Positions 53,028-62,512 of a stretch of 64,000 nucleotides of DNA are shown here, one piece after another. The position numbers and the translations under genes were made by a program. The stretch is from Candidatus Eiseniibacteriota bacterium (lineage in GTDB: Bacteria > Eisenbacteria > RBG-16-71-46), in the NCBI GenBank assembly GCA_016710095.1, contig JADJLL010000005.1, positions 1,573 to 65,572 on the forward strand. Direction: 5' to 3'. Each line of letters begins with the position of its first letter. The first letter of the stretch is position 1. The notes below the pieces were generated by a model, which was not told where the DNA came from, made no database searches, and worked only from the letters and a program-made list of their open reading frames with translations.

Positions 53028-55186
53028 CGGATGCCTCCTGAGTGAACGGGCCAGCGCATGCGCACCTCGAAGCCTGCGCCGCCCGTGTCGCTTCCCTCGC
53101 GCGCGGCGGGACCGGACTCGAGTACGGCCTCGGGTCCCGCGAATCTCCGCACGCGCTGCTCCAGATTGTCCAACCCCACGCTCAGCCCCGGCGCGTTCGT
53201 GCCGTTGGGGCAACCGTCGTCCGCGAACTCCAGCTCGAGCCAGCCTTCGTGCATCCGCGCGCGCAACGTCATGCGCATCGCGTCCGCGTCCGGCTTGAGC
53301 CCGTGCTTGAGCGAGTTCTCCACGAGCGGCTGCAGCAGCAGCGGCGGCACCGTGGACGAGAGCAGCGACGGTTCGCCCTCGTAGGAAAAGTGCAGCTTCT
53401 GCTCGTAGCGCTCGCGCGCCACCCCGAGGTAATCCTCGACGAACGCGATCTCGTCCGACAGCAGCGCGGCGGGACGCTTCCCGGCCTCGACCGTGTAGCG
53501 CAGCATGTCCGCGAGGCGCTCGGTGAAGCGCTGCGCCGCGCCGGCGTCGGTCTCGATCAGGTACGCGAGCGCGTTGAGCGCGTTGAAGAGGAAGTGCGGC
53601 TGCACCTGCGCCTGCAGCGCGCGCAGCTCGGCGCGCGTCGCGGCCTCGCGCAGCTCGACGGCGCTGCGCTCGGCGGCCGCGCGCCCTTCGGCGAGCCGCA
53701 GGTTCTCCATGCGAATGCCGGCCTGGCGCAACAGGCCGCCGATCGCCGCGCGATCGCCGTCGGCGAGCGTTTCGTCCGCCGCGATCTCGGGCGACGCGTC
53801 CGCCGTCCAGTTCACCGCGAGCGGCCGGCGCAGTCCGAGCTGGAGCCCGCGCTGCACGGCCGCGCGCACTTCCTTCTCGTCGAACGCACCGAGCAGGTCG
53901 CGACCGGCCTGGTCGAGCGCGCGCTGCAGCGCCACGGGGTCGCGCCCGTACACGCGGTCGATCGCGAGCTGCACGCGTTCTCGCAACGGCGCGAACGCGA
54001 ACGCGAGCACGAGCGCCGCGACCACGTTGAACACGAGCGCCTGCTCGCCGGTGATGCTCGCGAACGTGCGCTGGCCGCCGAGCACGACGGCGAGGTAGAT
54101 CGCCGCGAGCACGCCCGACAGAAGCGCGTACGGCAGGCCGTTCACGATCAGCCGCCGCGGATCGAACAGCGGATCGCCGGCGATCAGGTACGCGAACACG
54201 AACGGCGCGCTCAGCATGGCGATCGCGATGCTCGTGATCACGAAGCGCGCGGTGGAGTCCGGCAGCAGCGGCATGAAGCGCGGGCTCGACGCGAGCAGCG
54301 TGAGCGCGGCGCTCGTGAGCAGCGAGAACGACGCGAACACGGCGAGCGCGCGCTGGTGCGCGGGCGGATTCCAGTCGGGGCCGCTGCGGCTGTAGCGCTC
54401 GAGCAGCGAGAAGATGCCGACCGTGAGCGCGACGGCCTGATAGGCGTTGTAGAACGGGATCGGCGGGCGGACGGCCGCCGCGGCCGAAGACCGCCCACAG
54501 GATCGCGGGCGCGGCGTACGCGGCGAGCGTGAGCCAGAACCAGACGCTCTCGCGGCGGCGGCCGCTGCTCCAGCGCGCGCGGGAACACCGACATGAAGTG
54601 CACGAAACTCGCGGGATAGAGCCACGCGAGCCACTCGTGCACGTGCAGCGCCCAGCGCAGCGTCGGGCCCGGCACGTCCTGCGGGAACTGGTAGAGCCCC
54701 CAGACGACCGAAAGCCCCTGCAGCGCCGCGAACCACAGGAACACCCATGCGGTCGCGAGGTCGGGCCGGCGCCACACGAGCAGGAACGCGACGATCGGCG
54801 CGGCGACGACGGCGGCGATCGGGTACGCGTAGATGCGCAGGCGCTCCCACGCGGTCAGCCGCACCGGCGGAATGTCGAGCGTGCGCTCCTCGCCGCGGCG
54901 TGCGACCGTGAGCTGCAGCGCCTCGCGCGGCCAGCCGCGCGCCTTGAGCGAGTCGCGCAGCGCCGGATCGGTGAACGACTGGCCGTCGAGCGCGACGAGT
55001 TCGTCCCCGACCTCGAGCCGGCCCATCGCGGGCGGGCCAATCACGCGCCTCGACCACACCCGACGACAGCGACGCGCCGAGCCGCTGGTAGGGCGTGTGG
55101 GTCAGGAAGCGCGGCAGCGCGATGGCGACGGCGAGAAGAACGGCCGCCACCGCGAGCAGGCGCCTGCGAGGCACGACGGGATTCAC
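53024..55186 (-). pseudogene. LytS-type sensor histidine kinase with N-terminal PDZ domain; three frame changes as sequenced (about 55045-55052, 54555-54575, 54480-54495)
   Basis: The C-terminal two-thirds is intact in ORF 53024..55474 (TM bundle, QVQPHFLFNALNAL, LLLQPLVENSLKHG). The PDZ and first TMs are in ORF 54238..55059 (VIGPPAMGRLEVGDELVALDG...). One TM (ESVWFWLTLAAYAAPAILWAVFG) exists only in the third frame. The N-terminal TM anchor from GTG 55186 is back in the first frame. Confidence 0.75.
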
Positions 55187-55577
55187 GTGTGGGACTTTCG
55201 CACAAAGGCAGATGGGCCGGAGGGTCGGCGCCAACGGCGCCGCGGGCGCCGCAGGCGCCAGAGGCGCCGACGGCGCCTCCTGCCAACACGCCCAGCATGC
55301 GGCCCGCACCCGCGTCGCGTCAGGGCCACCGCGACGAACGCGGGCCGCGCTCGGCCCAGCGTTGTCCACGAAGCGAAAAGGCATGCGCCGCAACAGGAAT
55401 ACCCCCGCCGGAAGGGGCATATTCGCGTGCAGGCCGTGCGACTCCGTGGCTATACTGCGCGCCGCTCCGCTCATTCGCGACGCCGGTGGTCACGCGCCCT
55501 GGGGCGCGCGCACGAACGTCGCTTCATCACGCGGTCCGGAGTGCCTCCCGGCGCCGCGCTTTCTCGGAGGTTCCGTC

Positions 55578-57011
55578 TTGAAGTTCGTCCGTCGCGTCAC
55601 CGCGCTCGCGGTGCTGCTCGCAGCCGTCGCCCTCGCCGCACACGCCGCCGCCCCCGCGAAGCCGGCCGGCCGTCCCGCCGCCAATCCTCCGGCGCGCCCG
55701 GCGGCTCCGGCGCAGACCTCCGCGCCCGCCGCGGCGGAAGGCGACGCGCTCGACGCGATCGCCGCGATGGTCAACGACGAAGCCATCCTCGCTTCCGACG
55801 TCGAGGAGCAGGTCTACATGTTCGTGCAGCGCGCGGGCGTCCAGCCGTCGCGCCAGGAAGTCGACTCGCTCCGCCGCCGCGTGCTCGACGCGATGATCGA
55901 CGACCGTCTCGTGCAGGCCGAGGCCAAGCGCCAGGGCGTCACGGCGACGGAAGCCGAGATCAACCGCCAGCTCGACGTGGCGATCGCCGACCAGAAGGAG
56001 CGGCTCGGCGGTGACGCTCCGTTCAACGAAGCGCTCAAGCGCGAGGGCCTCACCGAGGCGCAGCTGCGCGAGCGTTTCCGCGTCGACCTCACGAAGCAGA
56101 TCGCGATGGAGAAGTTCCGCCAGAAGATGTTCCCGCGGAAGCCCGTCACGCCGGCCGAGGCCGAGGCGTACTTCAACGCGCACAAGGACAAGTTCCCGCG
56201 CGTGCCCGCCGAAGTGCGCCTGTCGGTGATCCAGATCCCGCCGCAGCCCGAGTCCACCGCGGTCGCCGCCGGCTTCGCCAAGGCGCAGGCCGTGCGCAAG
56301 CGCCTCGTCGGCGGTGAGCGGTTCGCCAAGGTCGCGGCCGAGGAGTCCGAGGATCCGGGCTCGAAGGACGCGGGTGGCGATCTCGGCTTCTTCGGCCGAG
56401 GCCGTCTCGAGCCGTCCGTCGAGAACGCGGCGTTCTCGCTCAAGAACAACGAGATCAGCCAGCCGATCCGCTCGCCCTACGGCTGGCACATCCTGCAGAC
56501 GCTCGAGCGCGACACGCTCAAGACCGTCGCGCGCCGCGACTCGCTCGGCGAAGACGGCAAGCCGGTCGTCGAGGTGCACGCTCGCCACATCCTGATCCGC
56601 GTCACGCCGAGCAAGGCCGACGCCGACCGCGCGCACGACCTCGCGGTCCGCGTGCGCGCCGAAGCGGCGAAGGGCACGAACTTCGGCATCCTCGTGCGCC
56701 GCTACAGCAAGTACGAAGGCCCGACGGGCGAGGACGGCGACGTGAACTTCATGCCGCTGCCGAGCCTGCCGCCGAACATCCGCGCGGGCGTGGACTCGCT
56801 CGAGATCGGCCAGGTCTCGGAAGTGCTGCCGAACCAGGCCGGCTTCAACATCTTCAAGGTCACCGACCGCAAGCCGGAACGCGACTACACGGTCGACGAG
56901 ATCCGCGACGACCTGCCCGAAGCCGTGGCGCAGGCGCAGTCGTCCGAGAAGTACGAAGCGTTCGTGAAGACGCTCCGCGCGAAGGCGCAGATCGAGTATC
57001 GCGCTTACTAG
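55578..57011 (+). CDS. SurA-like periplasmic chaperone / peptidyl-prolyl isomerase (two parvulin-like domains)
   Basis: TTG 55578 has GGAGG 7 nt upstream. Signal peptide VTALAVLLAAVALAAHAAA. SurA-N-like IAAMVNDEAILASDVE. Parvulin cores ...GGDLGFFGRGRLEPSVENAAFSL...SPYGWHILQ and ...GFNIFKV. Confidence 0.85.
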   Translation: MKFVRRVTALAVLLAAVALAAHAAAPAKPAGRPAANPPARPAAPAQTSAPAAAEGDALDAIAAMVNDEAILASDVEEQVYMFVQRAGVQPSRQEVDSLRRRVLDAMIDDRLVQAEAKRQGVTATEAEINRQLDVAIADQKERLGGDAPFNEALKREGLTEAQLRERFRVDLTKQIAMEKFRQKMFPRKPVTPAEAEAYFNAHKDKFPRVPAEVRLSVIQIPPQPESTAVAAGFAKAQAVRKRLVGGERFAKVAAEESEDPGSKDAGGDLGFFGRGRLEPSVENAAFSLKNNEISQPIRSPYGWHILQTLERDTLKTVARRDSLGEDGKPVVEVHARHILIRVTPSKADADRAHDLAVRVRAEAAKGTNFGILVRRYSKYEGPTGEDGDVNFMPLPSLPPNIRAGVDSLEIGQVSEVLPNQAGFNIFKVTDRKPERDYTVDEIRDDLPEAVAQAQSSEKYEAFVKTLRAKAQIEYRAY

Positions 57012-57030
57012 GCCGGGCTTCGCCCGGCCA

Positions 57031-57062
57031 GACGCGGGGCCTCACGGCCCCGCGTGATTTTC
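57031..57062 (+). terminator. Rho-independent terminator (ACGCGGGGCC-tcac-GGCCCCGCGT + GATTTTC), preceded by a second hairpin at 57011-57027
   Basis: A 10-bp stem plus a T tract read from the sequence, downstream of the SurA-like stop at 57011. Confidence 0.7.
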
Positions 57063-57094
57063 AGCCCCACGGACGGGGCCGACAGGGAGGCTCG

Positions 57095-57850
57095 ATGATC
57101 CAGTTCGAGCACGTCAGCAAGCGTTACGGAGAACGCCTCGCGCTCGACGACGTGTCGTGGCGCATGAACGAGGGCGAGCGTGTGTGCGTGCTCGGCCACA
57201 GCGCCGCGGGCAAGACGACGCTGCTGCGGCTGATCACGCACGAAACGCAGCCCACGTCGGGCACGATCGCCATCGGCACGCTGCGCGGCGGACGACTGTC
57301 GCGCGCCCACCGCGCGTTGCTGCGCCGCACGATCGGCGTGATCTACGAGGACTTCCGCCTGCTCGGCGACCGCAGCGTGTTCGAGAACGTCGCGCTCGCG
57401 GTGCGCATCGCGGGGCACTTCTCGGACAGCGACGTGATCCCGCGCACGCTGCGCGCGCTCGAGGAAGTCGGGCTGCACGGCAAGCAGGCCGCGCTGCCGG
57501 GCGAGCTGTCGTTCGGCGAGCGCCAGCGCTGCGCGATCGCGCGCGCGATCGTGAACCGCCCGGCGATCCTGCTCGCGGACGAACCCACCGGCGCGCTCGA
57601 ACCGCGCAGCGCGTCCGAAGTGCTCGCGCTGCTCGGCCGCATCCATCAGGAAGGCGCAGCGGTGCTGCTCGGCACGACGCGCCCCGAGGTCGCCGAAGCG
57701 TTCGGCGGCCGCCGCATCGTGCTCGAAGACGGCCGGCTGCGCGAAGGCGGGACGCCGGAGCATGCGTTCATGCCGGTGCCCGCGCCGCAATCCTTTGAGG
57801 CGCCGCACGCGGCGCAGGCGCCTCCGGCGCCGTACACGGGAGGCGCCTGA
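57095..57850 (+). CDS. ftsE: cell-division ABC transporter ATP-binding protein FtsE (with a Pro/Ala-rich C-terminal extension)
   Basis: GGGAGG RBS. Walker A GHSAAGKTTL, signature LSFGERQR, Walker B ILLADEPTG. Followed directly by ftsX. Confidence 0.9.
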   Translation: MIQFEHVSKRYGERLALDDVSWRMNEGERVCVLGHSAAGKTTLLRLITHETQPTSGTIAIGTLRGGRLSRAHRALLRRTIGVIYEDFRLLGDRSVFENVALAVRIAGHFSDSDVIPRTLRALEEVGLHGKQAALPGELSFGERQRCAIARAIVNRPAILLADEPTGALEPRSASEVLALLGRIHQEGAAVLLGTTRPEVAEAFGGRRIVLEDGRLREGGTPEHAFMPVPAPQSFEAPHAAQAPPAPYTGGA

Positions 57851-57852
57851 CC

Positions 57853-58710
57853 ATGCACCTCTTCTTCTGGCGTGAAGCATGGCGCTCGTTCCAGGCGCAC
57901 CGCGGGCTCGCACTGACGACCGTGTTCTCGCTCGCCGCGGCGCTCGCGCTGGCCGCCGTGTTCCTGCTCGTGAGCTGGAACGCGAGCCAGGCGCTGCACT
58001 GGATCGGCGACCGCCGCGAAATGATCGTCTACCTCAACGACGAAGCCGGCGAGACGCAGGTGCAGTCGCTGCAGGCCAAGATCGGCGAGCTGTACGGCAC
58101 GAGCACCTACGTGAGCCGCGCGCAGGCGTGGGAGGAGTTCAACACGCAGGTCGGCGACCCCGAGATCCTCAAGGCCGTCGGCACGAACCCGCTGCCGGCG
58201 TCGCTGCGCGTGCGCCTCAAGCCCGCGCTGCAGAACTTCGCGGCCATGTCCGAGTGCGCGAAGCAGCTCGAACAGTTCCCCGAGGTCGAAGCCGTGCGCT
58301 TCGGCGGCGAATGGGTGCAGCGCCTCGACGCGCTGAACGCCGGCGCCCGCCGCACCGCGATCGCCGTGGGCCTGCTCGTCGCGCTCGCGATGGTGTTCGT
58401 CCTGCACAACACGCTGCGCCTCGCGGTGCTCGCGCGGCGCCAGCAGGTCGAGGTCATGATCAAGCTCGGCGCGAGCGACGGCTTCGTCGCGACGCCGTTC
58501 GTGTTCGAAGCCCTGCTCGAAACGCTCGCCGCCGTGCTGGTCGCGCTGGCGCTCGTGTTCGGGCTGCAGCAGGCGCTCGCACAGCGGCTCGACGGCGTCA
58601 CGTTCCTGCCGATCGAATGGACGCTGTCGTTCGTCGGCGGCGCGCTCGTGCTCGCGTGGCTCGCTTCGGTCGCGGCGCTCGGCCGCATCCTCCGCACGGT
58701 CGGCGCATGA
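57853..58710 (+). CDS. ftsX: cell-division permease FtsX
   Basis: Starts 3 nt after the ftsE stop. FtsX topology: TM1, a periplasmic loop (IVYLNDEAG..VQSLQAKI...NPLPASLRV) and 3 C-terminal TMs. Confidence 0.9.
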   Translation: MHLFFWREAWRSFQAHRGLALTTVFSLAAALALAAVFLLVSWNASQALHWIGDRREMIVYLNDEAGETQVQSLQAKIGELYGTSTYVSRAQAWEEFNTQVGDPEILKAVGTNPLPASLRVRLKPALQNFAAMSECAKQLEQFPEVEAVRFGGEWVQRLDALNAGARRTAIAVGLLVALAMVFVLHNTLRLAVLARRQQVEVMIKLGASDGFVATPFVFEALLETLAAVLVALALVFGLQQALAQRLDGVTFLPIEWTLSFVGGALVLAWLASVAALGRILRTVGA

Positions 58711-59915
58711 ACCGGCGGTTCGCGCATCTCTTCACGGCGGCGCTCGCCGCCGCCCTCTCGCTCGCGCCGCTCGCGGCCGTGGCTCCCGTGCGCGCGCAGG
58801 ACAGTCTCGAGGCCGCGAAGAAGCGCGAGCTCGACGACATCCGGCGCCAGGCGAACGAGAAGCGCAAGGCCGCCGCCGCGCTCAAGCCGCGCGAGACGCG
58901 CGCGCTCGGCGACCTGCGCCGCACCGAGAAGCAGCTCACGGCCTCGCGCCGCCGGCTGCTCGCGCTGCAGCAGCGCCAGAAGTCGCTCGGCGCGCAGCTC
59001 GAAGTCACGCGCGCGAATCTCGACCGCAGCATCCGCGAGCTCGAGAACCAGCGCGACCTGCTCCGGCGCCGCCTGCGCATGATGTACGTGTTCGGGCCCG
59101 CCCGCGAGATGGAGTACCTGCTGTCGACCAAGTCGTTCGCGCAGCTCATGACGCGCTGGGACTTCCTCAACATGGTCGCGGAGCAGGACCGCGTGCTGCT
59201 CGACGGCGTGCGCATGCGGAAGGAAGAGGTCGAGGCGAACAAGGCCCAGCTCGAAGACAACATCGGGCAGGTCGTGACGACCGCGCAGAAGACGACCAAG
59301 GAGTCCACGCAGCTCGCCTCGCTGCGCACGCAGAAGGCGAAGACCGTCGCGAGCATCCAGACGCAGCGCCAGCAGTACGAGGCCGCCGCCGCCGAGCTCG
59401 AACGCACCGCGCGCCGCATCCAGTCGCTGCTCGCGAGCCTCGAACGCAAGCGCCGCGAGGAAGCCGACCGCCTGCGCGGCGAAGGACGCAATCCGCAGCC
59501 GTACAGCGGCGACTTCGCGAAGGGGCAGGGCCAGCTCGACTGGCCCGTGCGCGGCGAGATCGTCGGACGCTTCGGGATCGAGACGCATCCGCGGTTCGGC
59601 ACGCAGATCCACAACGACGGCATCGACATCGCCGCGCCCATCGGCACGTCGGTGCGTTCGGTCGGCAAGGGCCGCGTGGACTTCTCGAACGACGACTACG
59701 AGGGCATGGGCGGCATGATCGTGCTCAACCACGGCGACGGCTACTTCACGCTGTACGGCCATCTCGACGCCGTGCTCGTGGGCAACGGCCAGGAAGTGCA
59801 GCCCGGCGCGGTGATCGGACGCGTGGGCGACGGCGGCTCGCTCAAGGGCCCCATCCTGCACTTCGAAGTGCGGAAGGGCTCGGCGCCGCTGAACCCGGAG
59901 AACTGGCTGCGCTGA
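58707..59915 (+). CDS. EnvC-like coiled-coil murein hydrolase activator / M23 (LytM) peptidase domain protein
   Basis: The ATGA overlaps the ftsX stop. Signal peptide, long coiled coil, then M23 motifs HNDGIDIAAP...GGMIVLNHGDGYFTLYGHL...LHFEVR. Confidence 0.9.
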   Translation: MNRRFAHLFTAALAAALSLAPLAAVAPVRAQDSLEAAKKRELDDIRRQANEKRKAAAALKPRETRALGDLRRTEKQLTASRRRLLALQQRQKSLGAQLEVTRANLDRSIRELENQRDLLRRRLRMMYVFGPAREMEYLLSTKSFAQLMTRWDFLNMVAEQDRVLLDGVRMRKEEVEANKAQLEDNIGQVVTTAQKTTKESTQLASLRTQKAKTVASIQTQRQQYEAAAAELERTARRIQSLLASLERKRREEADRLRGEGRNPQPYSGDFAKGQGQLDWPVRGEIVGRFGIETHPRFGTQIHNDGIDIAAPIGTSVRSVGKGRVDFSNDDYEGMGGMIVLNHGDGYFTLYGHLDAVLVGNGQEVQPGAVIGRVGDGGSLKGPILHFEVRKGSAPLNPENWLR

Positions 59916-59935
59916 AGCGCGGCCGGGAGGAACGC

Positions 59936-60334
59936 ATGAAGGCGATCGACGGATACGCGTTCGAGACCACGACGAAGCGCTCGTACGAGGACACGCTCGC
60001 GCGCGTCACCGAGCTGCTCGCCGAGCAGGGCTTCGGCATCGTCACCGAGATCGACATGCAGGCGACGCTCGAGAAGAAGCTCGGCGTGCAGATCCGCCCG
60101 TACAAGATCCTCGGCGCGTGCCAGCCGAAGTTCGCGCACCGCGCGCTCGCGGCGAACCCGCACGTCGGCGTGTTCCTGCCGTGCAACGTCGTCGTCTGGG
60201 ACGAAGGCGATCACCGTGTCGTCGCGGCCATGGAGCCGAAGATCATGGCGCAGGTGATCGCGCACCCGGAGCTGCAGGCCGTCGCGGACGAAGTGAGCGC
60301 GATGCTGCACGTGGCGCTGGCGAAACTGGACTAG
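59936..60334 (+). CDS. DUF302 domain protein
   Basis: FGIVTEIDMQATLEKKLG...YKILGACQPKFAHRAL...VGVFLPCNVVV is the characteristic DUF302 pattern. Confidence 0.8.
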   Translation: MKAIDGYAFETTTKRSYEDTLARVTELLAEQGFGIVTEIDMQATLEKKLGVQIRPYKILGACQPKFAHRALAANPHVGVFLPCNVVVWDEGDHRVVAAMEPKIMAQVIAHPELQAVADEVSAMLHVALAKLD

Positions 60335-60391
60335 GCGCCGAAGGCGCAGAAGGCGCCTGCGGCGGCGCAGCCGTCGCCTGCAACCAAATCA

Positions 60392-60419
60392 AAGCCCCGG
60401 ACCTCTCGGCCCGGGGCTT
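60392..60419. terminator. hairpin AAGCCCCGG-N10-CCGGGGCTT between convergent genes
   Basis: 9-bp stem with arms at 60392-60400 and 60411-60419, A-rich before and T-containing after. It could act on both strands. Confidence 0.6.
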
Positions 60420-60440
60420 CGTGTTGCGCGCGAACGGTGA

Positions 60441-60896
60441 TCAGGCGGGCTGGCGCGGACGCCAGTTGTTCCACACCGGACGGCCCATGTCGTCGCGCAG
60501 GTGCATCGTGAGACCGTCCTTCTCCACGTGCGAAGCGATCAGCAGGCGTTCGCCGTTCACCGACACGTGCGCGCCGGTGATGACGACCTGGTCGCCGACG
60601 GCGACCTTCATGTCCTGGGCCTCGAGGAAAAGAACGGGTCCGAGATGCACCCACAGCGACTCCGGACCGGTGACCACATACGCGCGCACTCCGGGCGCCA
60701 TGCCCTCGCGCGGGGTGAACGTCTCGACCTTCAGCACGGTCGAGGGGGCGACGACTTCGTAATTCACGTCGTAGGAACGATCGTAGGCCGAACCGCGTTC
60801 CCAGCCGGTGAGGCCGGGAAGCATCGGCGCCGCGATCGCGACCGCCCACGAGAGGGCGACGGCCAGAGCGGCCAGGGCGACGCGGAAGGATTTCAT
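60441..60896 (-). CDS. exported hypothetical protein (151 aa)
   Basis: Signal peptide MKSFRVALAALAVALSWAVAIAAP. G/C third positions. GGAGAA-type RBS (aaggagaaccccATG on the minus strand). No confident family. Confidence 0.65.
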   Translation of the reverse strand: MKSFRVALAALAVALSWAVAIAAPMLPGLTGWERGSAYDRSYDVNYEVVAPSTVLKVETFTPREGMAPGVRAYVVTGPESLWVHLGPVLFLEAQDMKVAVGDQVVITGAHVSVNGERLLIASHVEKDGLTMHLRDDMGRPVWNNWRPRQPA

Positions 60897-61259
60897 GGGG
60901 TTCTCCTTGAAGGGGCGCTGCGCGCGAAACGTTCGCGCTCACCCGTTCGAGAGCAGCATGGCGCGGGCCACCACCCGACACGGCCGCGAGCGCGCTTCTC
61001 CCGGCGGGCATCGCGAAATCACACGAGTTGCGACCGCTTCCCGGGACGACTCGCTGACGCGTGTCCAGCCCTTCGCAAGCGAGCCGCGGGGCGTCATGCC
61101 CGGGCTGACATCGTGGCAGCGAGGTCGGCGCCGCAGCCGCGAACGCACTCGCGCACCGCGCACGGCGAACCTCGTCGCGAACCATCGCGCCACCGCCCGT
61201 CCCTCTGGTAGTTTCCGGCGCGCCGCCCCCCCCACCCTTCGTGACCCTGGAGTGCCCCG

Positions 61260-62510
61260 TTGCCCATCGTCTCCCTCGCCGGGTTGCTCGGTCAGCCGGA
61301 CGTCACCGCGTTCCTGCGCGGCATCGTCTCGCGGGCCCGCTACGGCAACGCGTACCTGTTCACCGGTCCGGCGGGAGTCGGCAAAGGCACCGCGGCGCTC
61401 GCCTTCGCACGCGCGGCGCTGTGCGATCGCGTGCCGGGAGCGGCCCCGCCCGCGGCGACGAACGCGGACGACGGCGGACTGGGACTGTTCGGGATGGACG
61501 CTCCGGCGGCGCCGGAAGCGCCGGCGGCGGAAAACCTGCCGATGCTCGACGACGCCTGCGGTGAATGCCCGGCATGCCGCAAGTCGGGATCGCTGCAGCA
61601 CCCCGACCTCAAGTTCCTGTTCCCGGTCTCGGGCGTCGAAGCGAAGCTCGAAGAGACGATCTCCGAAACGCTGCAGGGCATGCGCGACGATCCGCTCTTC
61701 GTCTTCCAGTACGACCAGGCCGCATCGGTGCGGCTCTCGCTCACGCGCGAACTCCAGCGCGAGCTGGCGTTCCGCCCGTACGAGGCGTCGCGCCGCGTCG
61801 TGATCATCCGCGACTGCGACCGCATGCGGGAAGACCAGTACTCCGCGCTGCTCAAGTCGATCGAGGAGCCGGGCGCCAGCACCCTGTGGGTGCTCACGTC
61901 GTCGCGCATCTCGCGCGTGCCCGCCACGATCCGCTCGCGCTGCCAGACCGTGAAGTTCGCGCCGCTGCCCGAGCGCGCCGTCGAACAGGTGCTCGAGCAG
62001 TACGGCAAGGCGTCGGGTCCGCTCGCGCGCACGCTCGCCGCGCTGGCGAGCGGTTCGCTCGCGCGCGCGGTGGCGCTCTCGCGCGAGGACGCCGCGGGAC
62101 AGGCGCGCACGGCGCTCGCGATGCTCGAGCCGGTGCGCGCACGCAATCAGGCCGGCCTCTGGAAGGCCGCGCAGGACGCGACCAAGTTCGGGCGCGCGGG
62201 CCGCGAGGCGCTGCGCCGGACGCTCGAGTTCCACGAGCTGTGGCTGCGCGACCTGCTCGCCGCGCGCTACGGCGACGGCAGCCGTCCGCTCGTGTTCGCG
62301 GAGCGCGAAGCCGAGATCCGCGCCGAAGCCGCGAAGACGGACGCCGCGGAAATCCGCCGCCGCCTCATGGTGCTCGAGGAAGCGCTGCGCTCGATCGACG
62401 GCAACATCACCGCCGACCTCACGCTCTTCTCCGCGCTCGCGCGCGTGGGCGGCGCGAGGCTGGGCGAGGGCGCCTGGCCGGCGCACCAGACCGCGCGCTG
62501 GGACTACTGA
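61260..62510 (+). CDS. holB: DNA polymerase III delta' subunit (clamp-loader AAA+), with a low-complexity insertion
   Basis: Motifs AYLFTGPAGVGKGTAALAFARAALC, the Zn module CGECPACR, HPDL, VVIIRDCDRM and the SRC motif ATIRSRCQ. The track start is TTG 61260. Confidence 0.85.
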   Translation: MPIVSLAGLLGQPDVTAFLRGIVSRARYGNAYLFTGPAGVGKGTAALAFARAALCDRVPGAAPPAATNADDGGLGLFGMDAPAAPEAPAAENLPMLDDACGECPACRKSGSLQHPDLKFLFPVSGVEAKLEETISETLQGMRDDPLFVFQYDQAASVRLSLTRELQRELAFRPYEASRRVVIIRDCDRMREDQYSALLKSIEEPGASTLWVLTSSRISRVPATIRSRCQTVKFAPLPERAVEQVLEQYGKASGPLARTLAALASGSLARAVALSREDAAGQARTALAMLEPVRARNQAGLWKAAQDATKFGRAGREALRRTLEFHELWLRDLLAARYGDGSRPLVFAEREAEIRAEAAKTDAAEIRRRLMVLEEALRSIDGNITADLTLFSALARVGGARLGEGAWPAHQTARWDY

Positions 62511-62512
62511 CC

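Noticed and set aside
60897-61259. A possible small RNA (e.g. SRP/4.5S RNA, often near clamp-loader genes) in the 363-bp gap upstream of holB.
   Set aside because: I found no match to the conserved SRP domain IV sequence (GGUCCGGAAGGAAGCAGCC-like) and no clear promoter/terminator pair. It is probably just the divergent promoter region.
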